The notes beneath the pieces are model-generated. The model had not been told where the DNA came from, did no database searches, and saw only the letters and a program-made list of their open reading frames with translations. From Macrostomum hystrix (taxonomy: Eukaryota; Animalia; Platyhelminthes): a stretch of DNA of 64,000 nt. Positions 1-13,211 of this stretch are shown here, one piece after another (position 1 is the first letter of the stretch; every line of letters starts with the position of its first letter). The DNA is taken from NCBI GenBank assembly GCA_950097015.1, contig CATNEN010000008.1:1922001-1986000 (forward strand), given 5' to 3'. Position numbers and translations under genes: made by a program.

Positions 1-1
1 C

Positions 2-850
2 CTTGGTCACGATGGCGTCGTGTGACGAGTTCCTGGACCTCCTGGGTGAGCAAATTGCGCCCGGCTGCTTGGGCTTGTGCCAGCGCTTGTGGCTGGCGAG
101 GTTGGCCGGACAGTTGAAGGACTTGTCGCACTCCTGGCAGCGATAGTCGATGTGCTCGATGCCCGGGCAGCGGTGCTGGGCCAGCTGAAAAGCATCGGCG
201 TACTTCACCCGGCACAGCTGGCAGTCAAAGTCGCCGATTACATTTTTAATCTTGGCCAGCTGGGCTTTGGTCTCGGGTGTGATTGCCACAAACTTGGACG
301 GCTCTGGAATGTCGGCGCACTGTTGATCCGTCAGTTTGCGAATGACCGTCCCGCTGACCGGGCTGATCTCGCTGTCTTCTGTGTTCTTTGGAGCAGTCGA
401 TCTTCGCGTTGTTTTGCGCTGCTGCTTCGTACTGTGCACCTGCTTCGGAGGCGGCGGCAGCGGTGGTGCCAAGGACCGTATTGGTTGCGGAGGCGGCGGT
501 GGCTGCACGGGTGGAGGCGATAGCGGCAGCGGCGGTAGCTTGTAGTTAAAAATGTCGCTTTGCGATGCCGAAGATTGAAACGACGGCAATGGCTGCGGCG
601 GCGGCGGTGGCGGCAGAGTCGGAAGCGACAGCAGCGGCGGCGGCGGCAGCGGCGGTGGAGGATGCGGCTGTGACATCAGTGACTGCATCAGCCACCAGTG
701 GTTGAGTTGGGCCACACTCGGCGGTGGCGGCGGCGCGAACGGATAAGGATAAGGAGAGCAGGCCAGGCCAGCGGGAAAGTGAGCACGAATAAACGGGCTC
801 GGCAGGCCGGGACCTCGGCGACCCATGTTTGCGAAGTTCGGCGTAGTCAT
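2..850 (-). CDS. INSM1: INSM1/nerfin/egl-46-like C2H2 zinc-finger transcription factor (3' partial, runs off window)
   Basis: Manual translation of the minus frame: ...[10 protein letters not shown]...[74 protein letters not shown]. This matches the INSM-family zinc-finger pair. It is preceded by a Pro-rich region. First in-frame ATG is 850-848, with an in-frame stop at 889-887. An upstream exon is possible. Confidence 0.9.
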   Translation of the reverse strand, partial: MTTPNFANMGRRGPGLPSPFIRAHFPAGLACSPYPYPFAPPPPPSVAQLNHWWLMQSLMSQPHPPPPLPPPPLLSLPTLPPPPPPQPLPSFQSSASQSDIFNYKLPPLPLSPPPVQPPPPPQPIRSLAPPLPPPPKQVHSTKQQRKTTRRSTAPKNTEDSEISPVSGTVIRKLTDQQCADIPEPSKFVAITPETKAQLAKIKNVIGDFDCQLCRVKYADAFQLAQHRCPGIEHIDYRCQECDKSFNCPANLASHKRWHKPKQPGAICSPRRSRNSSHDAIVTK

Positions 851-2800
851 CACCAAGACTGTGAGCAGCTCTGAGCATTGGGAATTCTAAACTTGATGAA
901 GCGGATTCTTTTAAGTCTAACACGGAGATGGAGGAAGTCTCATGGTTCAGTTTTTTCCTCCGCAGCCTCGCGCATCTGATTGGCTGCGTCCGTCCCCGCG
1001 GACTCAGGGCCCCAGCCAGCCCCGACCGGCTCTGACAGCGCGTGAGAATGCGGGGATGCTCAGAAAGGATTTTCAGTTGTGGGAGAGTAGGGGCGGGACA
1101 GCGATGAGGAATCGTGCTCAACCAATGCCGTTGGATCTCCCATCGTTCCTTTTGCTGAATCCTTGATTCCAAAATAGTTAAATGCGCAGCATAGGCCTAA
1201 TCTATGTTTAAATACGAGGTCGCCACAAAAATAAGAAAGAAGAAACGCAATTTCTTTAAAAATATTATTTCACACAATGACACGTGGCACAAGTTTGAGC
1301 ACACACGATGAGGAAAGTGGCAGACTAGCAGACTAGCTTCTCGTAAGGAAGGTGGCAGAGTTTGAATCGGGAACGCCATTTGATTTATATCAATATGCGC
1401 AGAGCTTTCATGAGAGCTCATTGCAATCAAAATCGGACAAATATTTGCTGATCTCCAGCTTACTGTTGATACTCGCATTAATTGTCATTAGACAAAAAAT
1501 CACTCAATTTTATAGGGACTGCGGAGATGCAGCATTAAGGTGATAAAATCGCACAGAAAGGTGTTATGATTTCTGCTATATTACTCATAAAATCTGGTCC
1601 CTATAATAAAATTCTGCCTGCAGTGCGGCTGGATGGCTGGGGAATCCGGGGGTGACACACAGAAATCTCCTATCTAAATAGATGACAGCACTATTGCGAA
1701 TTAAAATTGGGTGCCCCATGAGTGTTATAGTGTTTTATCTTGCTGTCCTATCGGTCTGTATAGAGTCTTCCTGTTGCTCTCTGGTGTTGCATAGCTAATG
1801 CATGCCTTACTCACATATCCGATGTCGCATGGTTCGGCGCCCCATTAGACAAATTGGTCCGGTTTGGCCATGGCAGCCACGCATATGCCGGACTCGACAA
1901 TCCCTCAGCAATCTCAGGTGAATTAGCACAACACACAAAAACTCACAAAGCGCGCGGAATATAGATGGATAGCATCAATTGCTCCACTAAGGCTGGGTCC
2001 GAGAGACTCCTCCAAATATGGCCGCCATAACTCAGTGGCAACCGGATGATCCCGAGGGGGGAAAATGGGGAGTTTCGGATACGCCCGAATGTGCAGGGGA
2101 TCTGAAAGATTCTGGGGGGGGGGGTAGGATGGGATTTCACTCCAGGTTGCAGGGAATGCGTTCCTAGATGAGTTAATTACAGGTGAGTTATGCCTCTAAA
2201 CAAGGGCGATCCTTCAACACAGCGGAGACTGAATAATTCACTTTCATCTGGCCAGTCAGGCAGGCCGCTTCGACTTTAAGACAAATTAAAGTCATTAAAT
2301 ATTCGCTTTTTCCCAGTCTTTGGCGTGGGATCGGGTGGGTGGCGAGATTGCAGCAGCCAAGGATTAGGATCTATAATGCCGCTATATATTGCGAATCGGG
2401 GGCATTTATGAACAAACTAAATCCGTTAATCTAAGCCTGGCCTATTCATCTATTCAAGTCAGAGCCAGTTTCATATCTTGATTCGTACACAAAATTATTC
2501 CCTCAGATTCAGTCTTAACTGGGAGGCATGCTTTCACGGCTGAGCGACCCCTATCGAGTTTTTATCAGGAAAACTTTATAATAAAAGAAAATTAATATTT
2601 TACTAACTATCTTCATGTTCGATTTAATTACACTTAGATTTAGATTATAATGCGACGACTGATTAAGTCTTTGTTAATGCTTGCAGTCATCGACGATTTA
2701 TATTCCAGGAAACACTGGATTACAATATTTGTCTGTTATTAGTCTCGCATTTCATCCTTATACCAATCTAGTCAGAATCCCTAGCTAGATGAAGTCCCAA

Positions 2801-3230
2801 CATCTATCAGAATCGAAATCCCATGAACACCTATTCGAATCCAAAATCCTGGAACATCTATCAGAATCGAAATCCCAACATCTATCAAGATCGAAATCCC
2901 AACATCTATCAGAATCGAAATCACAAAATCTATCAGAATCGAAATCCCAACATCTATCAGAATCGAAATCCCAAAATCTATCAGAATCGAAATTACAAAA
3001 TCTATCAGAATCGAAATCACAAAATCTATCAGAATCGAAATCACAAAATCTATCAGAATCGAAATCACAAAATCTATCAGAATCGAAATCCCATGAACAA
3101 AACTATCTGAATCGAAATCCCATGAACAACTATCTGAATCGAAATCCCAGTTTCTATCAGAATCGAAATCCCAAAATCTATGACAATCGAAGTCCTAAAA
3201 TCTATCAGAAACGAAATCACAAAATCTATT
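2801..3230. repeat. 24-bp minisatellite (ATCTATCAGAATCGAAATCMCAAM)
   Basis: Direct tandem copies visible in the sequence. Confidence 0.95.
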
Positions 3231-3865
3231 AAAATAAAAATCCCCACACTATTCGAATTTAAATCTGATAATTGAATATCCAAGTTATTAGATAGTGAAA
3301 ATAGAAGGTTCTGTCTGATAAAAAAATTGAAATCACAATAAATCTTAACACCGAATCCCAACAGAGATTCCCAAAAATTCTCTGCTGCAATGGAGCTAGA
3401 TTTTTCCCCGCCATTGCTGCCTTTTCCCCAAAGTATCGGATTAAGAATTTTAAAGAAATCTTCGAGCCTCAAAGCGGGCGAGCACATCCCCACTCCCCTA
3501 TAGAATTTTTCCCCATTTTCCCTAAATTTCGTGCGCGGGCACAATTGGCTACTTGTTTTTTAATCTTTTCGACGTCGCGTGTGTTCGCTGACCAGCAGTG
3601 TGACTTCGCCTTTGTAGAGTATGATTCCACCCCGGCCCCAAACAAAATGATTGGACAATTCGAATTCATCACGGATATTAGTTTGCACAATTCCTTGGCA
3701 TCAAAGCAATTCTGCTACAGGTGGCTTATTCCTCAATGAGCGGCAACAGCCGCTGTCCCAACGGGCTGCGAAACTGATGAGAAAATTTGTTCAATCCTTT
3801 CCCTTTTAAGCAAAAACATATTTAGTCACGCAAAGTAATAAAGCTGAATGTTTTAGTTGTTACAC

Positions 3866-5790
3866 GTCTCGTCTCTCCCGTGTCTCATCTCTCCCGTATC
3901 TCATCTCTCCCGTGTCTCATCTCTGCCGTGTCTCATCTCTGCCGTGTCTCATCTCTGCCGTGTCTCATCTCTCCCGTGTCTCATCTCTCCCGTGTCTCAT
4001 CTCTCCCGTGTCTCATCTCTCCCGTGTCTCATCTCTCCCGTGTCTCATCTCTCCCGTGTCTCATCTCTGCCGTGTCTCATCTCTGCCGTGTCTCATCTCT
4101 CCCGTGTCTCATCTCTCCCGTGTCTCATCTCTCCCGTGTCTCATCTCTCCCGTGTCTCATCTCTCCCGTGTCTCATCTCTGCTGTGTCTCATCTCTCCCG
4201 TGTCTCATCTCTCCCGTGTCTCATCTCTGCCGTGTCTCATCTCTCCCGTGTCTCATCTCTCCCGTATCTCATCTCTGCCGTGTCTTATCTCTGCTGTGTC
4301 TCATCTCTCCCGTGTCTCATCTCTCCCGTATCTCATCTCTGCCGTGTCTCATCTCTGCCGTGTCTCATCTCTGCCGTGTCTCATCTCTGCTGTGTCTCAT
4401 CTCTGCCGTGTCTCATCTCTGCCGTGTCTCATCTCTGCTGTGTCTCATCTCTCCCGTGTCTCATCTCTCCCGTGTCTCATCTCTGCCGTGTCTCATCTCT
4501 CCCGTGTCTCATCTCTGCCGTGTCTCATCTCTCCCGTGTCTCATCTCTCCCGTATCTCATCTCTGCCGTGTCTTATCTCTGCTGTGTCTCATCTCTCCCG
4601 TGTCTCATCTCTCCCGTATCTCATCTCTGCCGTGTCTCATCTCTGCCGTGTCTCATCTCTGCCGTGTCTCATCTCTGCTGTGTCTCATCTCTGCCGTGTC
4701 TCATCTCTGCCGTGTCTCATCTCTCCCGTGTCTCATCTCTCCCGTATCTCATCTCTGCCGTGTCTTATCTCTGCTGTGTCTCATCTCTCCCGTGTCTCAT
4801 CTCTCCCGTATCTCATCTCTGCCGTGTCTCATCTCTGCCGTGTCTCATCTCTGCCGTGTCTCATCTCTGCTGTGTCTCATCTCTGCCGTGTCTCATCTCT
4901 GCTGTGTCTCATCTCTCCCGTGTCTCATCTCTGCTGTGTCTCATCTCTCCCGTGTCTCATCTCTGCCGTGTCTCATCTCTGCCGTGTCTCATCTCTGCCG
5001 TGTCTCATCTCTGCCGTGTCTCATCTCTGCTGTGTCTCATCTCTCCCGTGTCTCATCTCTGCTGTGTCTCATCTCTCCCGTGTCTCATCTCTGCCGTGTC
5101 TCATCTCTGCCGTGTCTCATCTCTGCCGTGTCTCATCTCTGCTGTGTCTCATCTCTGCCGTGTCTCATCTCTGCCGTGTCTCATCTCTGCTGTGTCTCAT
5201 CTCTCCCGTGTCTCATCTCTGCCGTGTCTCATCTCTGCCGTGTCTCATCTCTGCCGTGTCTCATCTCTGCTGTGTCTCATCTCTGCCGTGTCTCATCTCT
5301 GCCGTGTCTCATCTCTGCCGTGTCTCATCTCTGCTGTGTCTCATCTCTCCCGTGTCTCATCTCTGCCGTGTCTCATCTCTGCTGTGTCTCATCTCTCCCG
5401 TGTCTCATCTCTGCCGTGTCTCATCTCTGCCGTGTCTCATCTCTGCCGTGTCTCATCTCTGCTGTGTCTCATCTCTCCCGTGTCTCATCTCTGCTGTGTC
5501 TCATCTCTCCCGTGTCTCATCTCTGCCGTGTCTCATCTCTGCCGTGTCTCATCTCTGCCGTGTCTCATCTCTGCCGTGTCTCATCTCTGCTGTGTCTCAT
5601 CTCTGCCGTGTCTCATCTCTCTTTTATGTCATCTCTCTCCCGTCTCATCTATGTCGTGTCTCATCTCCCCTAGAATAATCTCTCCCGTGTCTCATTTCCC
5701 CCAGAATAATCTCTCCCGTGTCTCATCTCCCCCAGAATAATCTCTCCCGTGTCTTATTTCCCCCAGAATAATCTCTCCCGTGTCTCACCT
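3866..5790. repeat. 16-bp minisatellite (TCTCATCTCTSCCGTG), ~1.9 kb
   Basis: Tandem copies. They explain the three overlapping SSLPCLIS ORFs. Confidence 0.97.
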
Positions 5791-6039
5791 CTCGCAGACT
5801 TATATCTCTCCTGTCAATCCGGCCCAGCGTCCTCTCTTGGGATATTTTACCGCAGTTCAATGGATAGTTTCTGGTTAGTATGCAATAACCTGCCCAGTTT
5901 GTAAATTAGTTAGCAGAGTGAGCCACACTCCATTAAAGTGGTTGGATACAGTTTAATAATACTATGAGTCGAAAAATTTGACTTTAAGGATTTAGGTCAA
6001 ACACTTTAATTTTGCGAATTACCAACCCGTCCGTCTGCA

Positions 6040-6095
6040 GATACGAACCCAGGGACTTTGGCGCGAGAGACGAATGCGGCCCAACCCCGGAAACC
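6040..6095 (-). mobile_element. tRNA-derived SINE head, copy 1
   Basis: Minus strand GCATTCGTCTCTCGCGCCAAAGTCCCTGGGTTCGTATC aligns with 22869-22935. Contains a B-box-like GGTTCG. Confidence 0.6.
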
Positions 6096-6904
6096 CAATA
6101 GGCTATTTGTATGGCTAATTTCTGAGCAAAGAATTATATAATTATTCAAACTAAACGGCTGACTTAGACGCGAGCGACTTGATTATAAAGGCGACTGAAG
6201 TCAAACAGCAGTCATCCATTTTTCCCGTCTCAGCATATTTCACCACGGCGATAATATAGACCCGTATGCGCATGTGCTGGTCTCAGTCTTAAGCTTCAGC
6301 TCATCCGGTTTCGCTAGGAAAACTGGGAGATTAAGAGCTGAGCTCGATGGAAATATGTTCAAAGCTGCTTGGCAAACATAGCAGCCAACAATTTAAGGGC
6401 CTAAGTATTGTCTTATTGTCTTATGAAGGCTTCCGGTAGTGTGATCTCGCCTTGGCCGCATTCTACTCTGATCGTTGAAACTTGGAATTTGTTTGCTCTC
6501 TTCTCCGCATCTCGCCATCAACTGTCGTCGAGGTTCTGCTAGACAAATCTTGAAAAAAAAATTTTTATAGGCTATGTCCTCCTTATCCTACTGGTAATGC
6601 GGAAACTAGTAGTCAAAGGAGTTCTTTTGGGATATTTTGCGAATGCTTACGAACGCCCCCCTCAGCCGCCTTATCAAAATCATCTGCGGCCTCTGTTACA
6701 TTTTGTACTCTGCTATTTAGTTAGGGAGTCGTTTCGACCTTCGAAAACAGAAAATGGTCAGGCGGTGCCTGATCAGGTGAATATGGAGGTCGACTGCTCA
6801 GCTGCAGCTTGAGACAGAGCGGGAGATGAGTGCGAGCTATTTTTAGAATCAAGTGCGAGCTAGGCCAGAGGAAATTACATTAGATTACAACGACGCAAGG
6901 TACA

Positions 6905-8150
6905 TGATGGTCAACGGGGCACTCTTGCGCGCACGCGGTCACGGAAAAGGGGGGCAGGGCAGATCGCAGCAGTGCTCGGGGTCAGACCGATCGCTTCCAG
7001 GTCGGCCACCAATGTAGCGCCTAAAGTCTGGGTCCGACGCTGGCCACGACGCAGTCGCTCGGTTGGCTGGTTGAGGGGGACCTCGGGGTTGTCCTCACCG
7101 CGGGCTGTCCTCCGCAAGCAGTGTCCCAGCAGGGTCTGACGCCGCCGGCGCAGGGTGACGCTCATGGGCGGCACGCGCCAGCTCGCGCTGTCAGCTGGGC
7201 CGTCGAGATGGTCTAGTGGTAGTGCACACCTAAAGCCTGGCGCAGCAGACTTCGGTGCATCCCATCTAGGACCCATCTCGGGTGGAGGTCATCGGGATGG
7301 CCCCCATTCCATAGAATAGGATCGGCTCTACGGCGGCGCGAAACAGTCGAACAGTCGAATCTATGCCAGAGGAAAGCATAGGGCAGAATGTACAGTATGC
7401 AGTGTACAGTGTGGGAGCTTATATGGAGGTTCGCATAAATCCGACACATTCATTGGATTAGTCACGCTCCATCTTTGTTGCAACCCGACCGTGTTCGCCA
7501 GTGTAACGAAATCCATAATTACCAACTGAGTGCTACGCTACGCTCATTTTGACTTTTACTGTGCAAGGATATCCAGCATCAATTAAGGAAGCAGTTGAAG
7601 TCCGCGATCGCAAACAGCTACGCTGATAAATTCTCCCTTGAGGCTGATGGGGGCTCGGATCCCAAACGGAGTGAAGCTCATCTAGCTGGAGATGATGGCG
7701 AATAGATAAAAAAGTCTATTCAGCGTCCAGCTGCCTCTTCAAGGGTCCAGGTCTCGGCGATATACAGCAGATCAGTCTCAACGACTCCCTGTCGAGTTAC
7801 AAGAACCGCTGACTGCGGGTAAGCCTGACTGTATACAGACCATGACTGTATCTCCATGATTTCGGCAGGCAGGTCAGAGGGCACCATGAAGACGACCATC
7901 TTTCGCGAGTTCAGCATAAGGCCAACCCGCAGCCGTCAGGCCGAGAACGGAGAGCCGCTTCTTTCACTCGTGCGTCTTCTCAGCCGTCGTCTGTCGGCCG
8001 GGTTGGGCAGACCGGTCCTCAGCACCCAGTCCAGTGCCAGCACATACAGAAAAGGCACCAGAGAGTCATTCTGCAGCACGCCTGACAATGTACTGAATTG
8101 GTTCGATAGACCATCTGGCGTCATCACCGAAGGGGTCGAGTCCTGGTACG
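6905..8150 (-). mobile_element. Degenerate RTE-type non-LTR retrotransposon, RT C-terminal fragment
   Basis: Motifs SGVLQNDSLVPFLYVLALDWVLR, GLMLNSRK, LLYIAETWTL, LDGMHRSLLRQALG and LLGHCLR...LRRGQRRTQT occur across frameshifts. The YADD segment is missing and an insertion lies at ~7276-7725. Confidence 0.8.
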
Positions 8151-8159
8151 ACCGTTGCT

Positions 8160-8670
8160 CATCATTAGAACCGACTCATGGAGTCATCATCAGAACCGAC
8201 TCATGGAGTCATCATCAGAACCGACTCATGGAGTCATCATCAGAACCGACTCATGGAGTCATCATCAGAACCGACTCATGGAGTCATCATTAGAACCGAC
8301 TCATGGAGTCATCATCAGAACCGACTCATGGAGTCATCATCAGAACCGACTCATGGAGTCATCATCAGAACCGACTCATGGAGTCATCATTAGAACCGAC
8401 TCATGGAGTCATCATCAGAACCGACTCATGGAGTCATCATCAGAACCGACTCATGGAGTCATCATCAGAACCGACTCATGGAGTCATCATAAGAACCGAC
8501 TCATGGAGTCATCATTAGAACCGACTCATGGAGTCATCACCAGAACCGACTCATGGAGTCATTATCAGAACCGACTCATGGAGTCATTATCAGAACCGAC
8601 TCATGGAGTCATCATCAGAACCGACTCATGGAGTCATTATCAGAACCGACTCATGGAGTCATCATCAGAA
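8160..8670. repeat. 25-bp minisatellite (AGAACCGACTCATGGAGTCATCATC) with internal GACTC/GAGTC hairpin
   Basis: About 20 tandem copies with no spacers. Confidence 0.95.
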
Positions 8671-9584
8671 CCAGAAAAAAACTCTGGAGCAACCGTCAGA
8701 AATTGATCCATGCATTTTTCTCTTAGTAACGCATCGCTTTTGACGCAAGATGCTAACCGTTTTCTAACGTTTTTCTTGCAAAAAGAGATCTTACTCGCTG
8801 CCCAGAATGCATTGTTACTGATTAGCTTCCAGCTATTGGATTTGAACAGACAGTCAATCTTTACTGCGGATTAATGCACATTTTTCAGATTTCAGGTTTT
8901 TTGAACGCACATTGAGTTGCCACGCACATACACAGAAAAGCAAGTAAATTCTGCTTTATGTGGATACATCAGAGCTAGGTTACTATGTGCCTTGGTATTC
9001 AGTAGCTGTGCGTGTGTGCACAACTGCTGCCTGCACCTTGTTCAGCCCTTGCCTACTGCGCAAGCAACAGCTGTCGGTCTGTGAGTGCGGAGCACTGCAG
9101 CTCAGGTCAGGGAGACAAATACTAAAGTAAGCATTCAACCATAAATGGAAATCGACTGCTCAAACGCTAAGGGTGGAGGAATTTGAGTTGTATGTAATAA
9201 AAGAAGAAAAAATCTGAAAGAAATAATCGACAAGCATGTCAGGACTGGCTGAGGGCTCCGCTGTAGCTCTACTATCTAGCCGAGATCTGCATCCGAGCTA
9301 CGGCAGCTGCGTGCTGATTGGCATCCGACGGCCGGCCTCTGCTCCGCTCCTGCTGCAGAATCCATCACAGCCACAGCCATCACCACCGTCACCGCCACCG
9401 TCACCGCCACCGCCACCGCCACCGCCACCGCCACCGCCACCGCCACCGCCAAAGAGAACTCTGCTAAGCATTTCCGCCGGAGGTCGTCAAAGTGGGCTGG
9501 CTCTTCCTGCACTGGATGACATTGCACGAATGGGCGTGGACGAGGCGCGGGTTTGACTTGAAAAAATCTCTTGCCAGCTTGCTT

Positions 9585-10335
9585 CAGACTGACAAGGAGT
9601 CTGACAGACTGATAAGGAATCTGACAGACTGATAAGGAATCTGACAGACTGATAAGGAATCCGACAGACTGATAGGGAATCTGACAGACTGATAAGGAAT
9701 CCGACAGACTGACAAGGAATCTGACAGACTGACAAGGAATCTGACAGACTGATAAGGAATCTGACAGACTGACAAGGAAATCTGACAGACTGACAAGGAA
9801 TCTGACAGACTGATAAGGAATCTGACAGACTGACAAGGAATCTGACAGACTGATAAGGAATCTGACAGACTGATAAGGAATCTGACAGACTGACAAGGAA
9901 TCTGACAGACTGACAAGGAATCTGACAGACTGATAAGGAATCTGACAGACTGATAAGGAATCTGACAGACTGATAAGGAATCTGACAGACTGACAAGGAA
10001 TCTGACAGACTGACAAGGAATCTGACAGACTGACAAGGAATCTGACAGACTGATAAGGAATCTGACAGACTGATAAGGAATCTGACAGACTGACAAGGAA
10101 TCTGACAGACTGATAAGGAATCTGACAGACTGATAAGGAATCTGACAGACTGATAAGGAATCTGACAGACTGACAAGGAATCTGACAGACTGACAAGGAA
10201 TCTGACAGACTGACAAGGAATCTGACAGACTGATAAGGAATCTGACAGACTGACAAGGAATCTGACAGACTGATAAGGAATCTGACAGACTGACAAGGAA
10301 TCTGACAGACTGATAAGGAATCTGACAAACTGACA
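9585..10335. repeat. 20-bp minisatellite (AGGAATCTGACAGACTGAYA)
   Basis: Tandem copies. Confidence 0.95.
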
Positions 10336-10656
10336 ATGATTCTAGCTTCATATTTTAGTATTTTTGTTTTGGTCTCACCCTAAAGTGACGAGATTCTTGT
10401 AATAAGTGCATTTAAATTAGTTTTACTTAGACTGACAACCGTAATGAGTTTCATCCTTACTATGGCGAGTGCATTTTAGCCTCTACCATTGAGTATGCAC
10501 ACAATTTAGTGCTGACAGAAAGATAATTGAAAATTACGAATTTGTTTAGTTAGAAAACCTTGTAAATATACTATTCGCGCTGTGAACAACTAATTAGTGC
10601 TATGAAAAATTGAAAATTGTTCAGAAAGATCGCAGCAATAAGAAAGCTAAACACCT

Positions 10657-11361
10657 TCAGGATGGATTATCGTCTTTAAGGGAGCTCGAATCACTGTTGA
10701 ATACCATCTGCTGCTGAATGATGAACCGTCCCTGCTCCTCTCTGTCCTTATCTTCATCACTGCTGAGTGCCCATTGCTGCTGAGTGATGAACCGAGCCTG
10801 CTCCTCTCTGTCCTTATCTTCATCATTGTTGAGTGCCCATTGCTGCTGAGTGATGAACCGAGCCTGCTCCTCTCTGTCCTTATCTTCATCACTGCTGAGT
10901 GCCAATTGCTGCTGAGTGATGAACCGAGCCTGCTCCTCTCTGTCCTTATCTTCATCACTGCTGAGTGCCAATTGCTGCTGAGTGATGAACCGAGCCTGCT
11001 CCCCTCTGTCCTTGTCTTTGTTGCCGACAGCTTGATCCTGTACTGATTGTCCCGAGCTTTGGTGCGAGCTGGTCCCCCCATCGTGTGCCATCCAGTCCAG
11101 CAGTGTCATTTCAATCATTTCCACATTGATGGTCGGCGCTGCTGACTTGACATCCACTGTTTCTGGGGACACGACTGCTTGAACAAACTTGCCGCTGTCA
11201 GCTGACGACCTCCTGGCTGACTGCGTGTCATGAAGCTTTTGGGTGATATTGAACAGGTCAATAATTCGCTGATTCGTCAGCTGCTCAAGCTCTTGCTGTT
11301 GCCGCTGGCAATCTGCCTTCAACGAAAATGTTGCCGAGATGTCGTCACGTGTCAGAGTTTC
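10657..11361 (-). CDS. Probable last coding exon of an unidentified membrane protein; coiled-coil-like segment plus 20-aa tandem repeats
   Basis: Acceptor CAG at 11364-11362 (phase 0). Open frame ETLTRDDISATFSLKADCQRQQQELEQLTNQRIIDLF... ends at TGA 10659-10657. Phase matches the donor at 13211. Confidence 0.55.
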   Translation of the reverse strand, partial: ETLTRDDISATFSLKADCQRQQQELEQLTNQRIIDLFNITQKLHDTQSARRSSADSGKFVQAVVSPETVDVKSAAPTINVEMIEMTLLDWMAHDGGTSSHQSSGQSVQDQAVGNKDKDRGEQARFITQQQLALSSDEDKDREEQARFITQQQLALSSDEDKDREEQARFITQQQWALNNDEDKDREEQARFITQQQWALSSDEDKDREEQGRFIIQQQMVFNSDSSSLKDDNPS

Positions 11362-11459
11362 CTGGCTAATCTAAAATCCGGTTGAGATAAGCATGCTTGG
11401 CTTGAAGGCTGGGAACTCAGAAATAAAAATCAACTAATACCGTGCTGAATTATCCCTGC

Positions 11460-13210
11460 AACCAAACCCTACGCTCACTCTCCAAACCCTTCACTCCCCC
11501 TCCAAACCCTTCACTCCCCCTCCAAACCCTTCACTCCCCCTACAAGCCCTCCACTCACTCTCCAAGCCCTTCACTCCCCCTCCAAACCCTTCACTCCCCC
11601 TCCAAACCCTTCACTCCCCCTACAAGCCCTCCACTCACTCTCCAAGCCCTTCACTCCCCCTCCAAACCCTTCACTCCCCCTCCAAGTCCTCCACTCACTC
11701 TCCAAACCCTTCACTTCCCCTCCAAGTCCTCCACTCACTCTCCAAACCCTTCACTCCCCCTCCAAGTCCTCCACTCACTCTCCAAACCCTTCACTTCCCC
11801 TCCAAGTCCTCCACTCACTCTCCAAACCCTTCACTTCCCCTCCAAGTCCTCCACTCACTCTCCAAACCCTTCACTCCCCCCTCCAAGTCCTCCACTCACT
11901 CTCCAAACCCTTCACTCCCCCCTCCAAGCCTTCCACTCACTCTCCAAACCCTTCACTCCCCCTCCAAGCCCTCCACTCACTCTCCAAACCCTTCACTTCC
12001 CCTCCAAGCCTTCCACTCATTCTCCAAACCCTTCACTCCCCCTCCAAGCCCTCCACTCACGCTCCAAACCCTTTACAATCCACGGCCTCCATTCACACTC
12101 CATGCCCTCCACTCACCCTCCAAGCCCTCTATTGACCTCCAAGCGCTCCACTCACTCTCCAAATCCTTCACTCCCCCTCCAAGCCTTCCACTCACAATCC
12201 AAGCCCTCCAATCACCCCCAAACCCTTCACAATCCAAGCCCTCCACTCACAATCCAAGCCTTCCACTCACAATCCAAGCCTTCCACTCACAATCCAAGCC
12301 TTCCACTCACAATCCAAGCCTTCCACTCACAATCCAAGCCTTCCACTCACAATCCAAGCCTTCCAATCACAATCCAAGCCTTCCAATCACAATCCAAGAC
12401 TTCCACTCACAATCCAAGCCTTCCACTCACAATCCAAGCCTTCCAATCACAATCCAAGCCCTCCACTCACCCTCCATGCCCTCCATTGACCCTCCAAGCC
12501 CTCCATTGACCCTCCAAGCCATCCACTCACTCTCCAAACCATTCACTCACCCTCACGCTCCAAACCCTTTACAATCCACGGCCTCCACTTACCCTTCAAG
12601 CCCTCTATTGACCTCCAAGCGCTCCACTCACTCTCCAAATCCTTCACTCCCCCTCCAAGCCTTCCACTCACAATCCAAGCCCTCCAATCACCCCCAAACC
12701 CTTCACAATCCAAGCCCTCCACTCACAATCCAAGCCTTCCACTCACAATCCAAGCCTTCCAATCACAATCCAAGCCTTCCACTCACAATCCAAGCCCTCC
12801 AATCACCCCCAAACCCTTCACAATCCAAGCCCTCCACTCACAATCCAAGCCTTCCAATCACAATCCAAGCCTTCCAATCACAATCCAAGCCCTCCAATCA
12901 CCCCCAAACCCTTCACAATCCAAGCCCTCCACTCACCCCCAAACCCTTCACAATCCAAGCCTTCCACTCACAATCCAAGCCTTCCAATCACAATCCAAGC
13001 CCTCCACTCACCCTCCATGCCCTCCAGTCACCCTCCATGCCCTCCAGTCACCCTCCATGCCCTCCAGTCACCCTCCATGCCCTCCAGTCACCCTCCATGC
13101 CCTCCAGTCACCCTCCATGCCCTCCAGTCACCCTCCATGCCCTCCAGTCACCCTCCATGCCCTCCAGTCACCCTCCATGCCCTCCAGTCACCCTCCATAC
13201 CCTCCACTCA
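11460..13210. repeat. Composite 19-20-bp C-rich minisatellite (CCTCCACTCAC/TCCAAGCC/TCCATGCC variants), intronic
   Basis: Several related units in tandem. Confidence 0.9.
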
Positions 13211-13211
13211 C

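Noticed and set aside
8160-8670. CRISPR-like palindromic repeat, or tandem hammerheads (minus strand CTGATGA followed by a stem)
   Set aside because: There are no spacers, so it is not CRISPR. The stem is followed by GTT rather than GAAA and there is no stem I or III.
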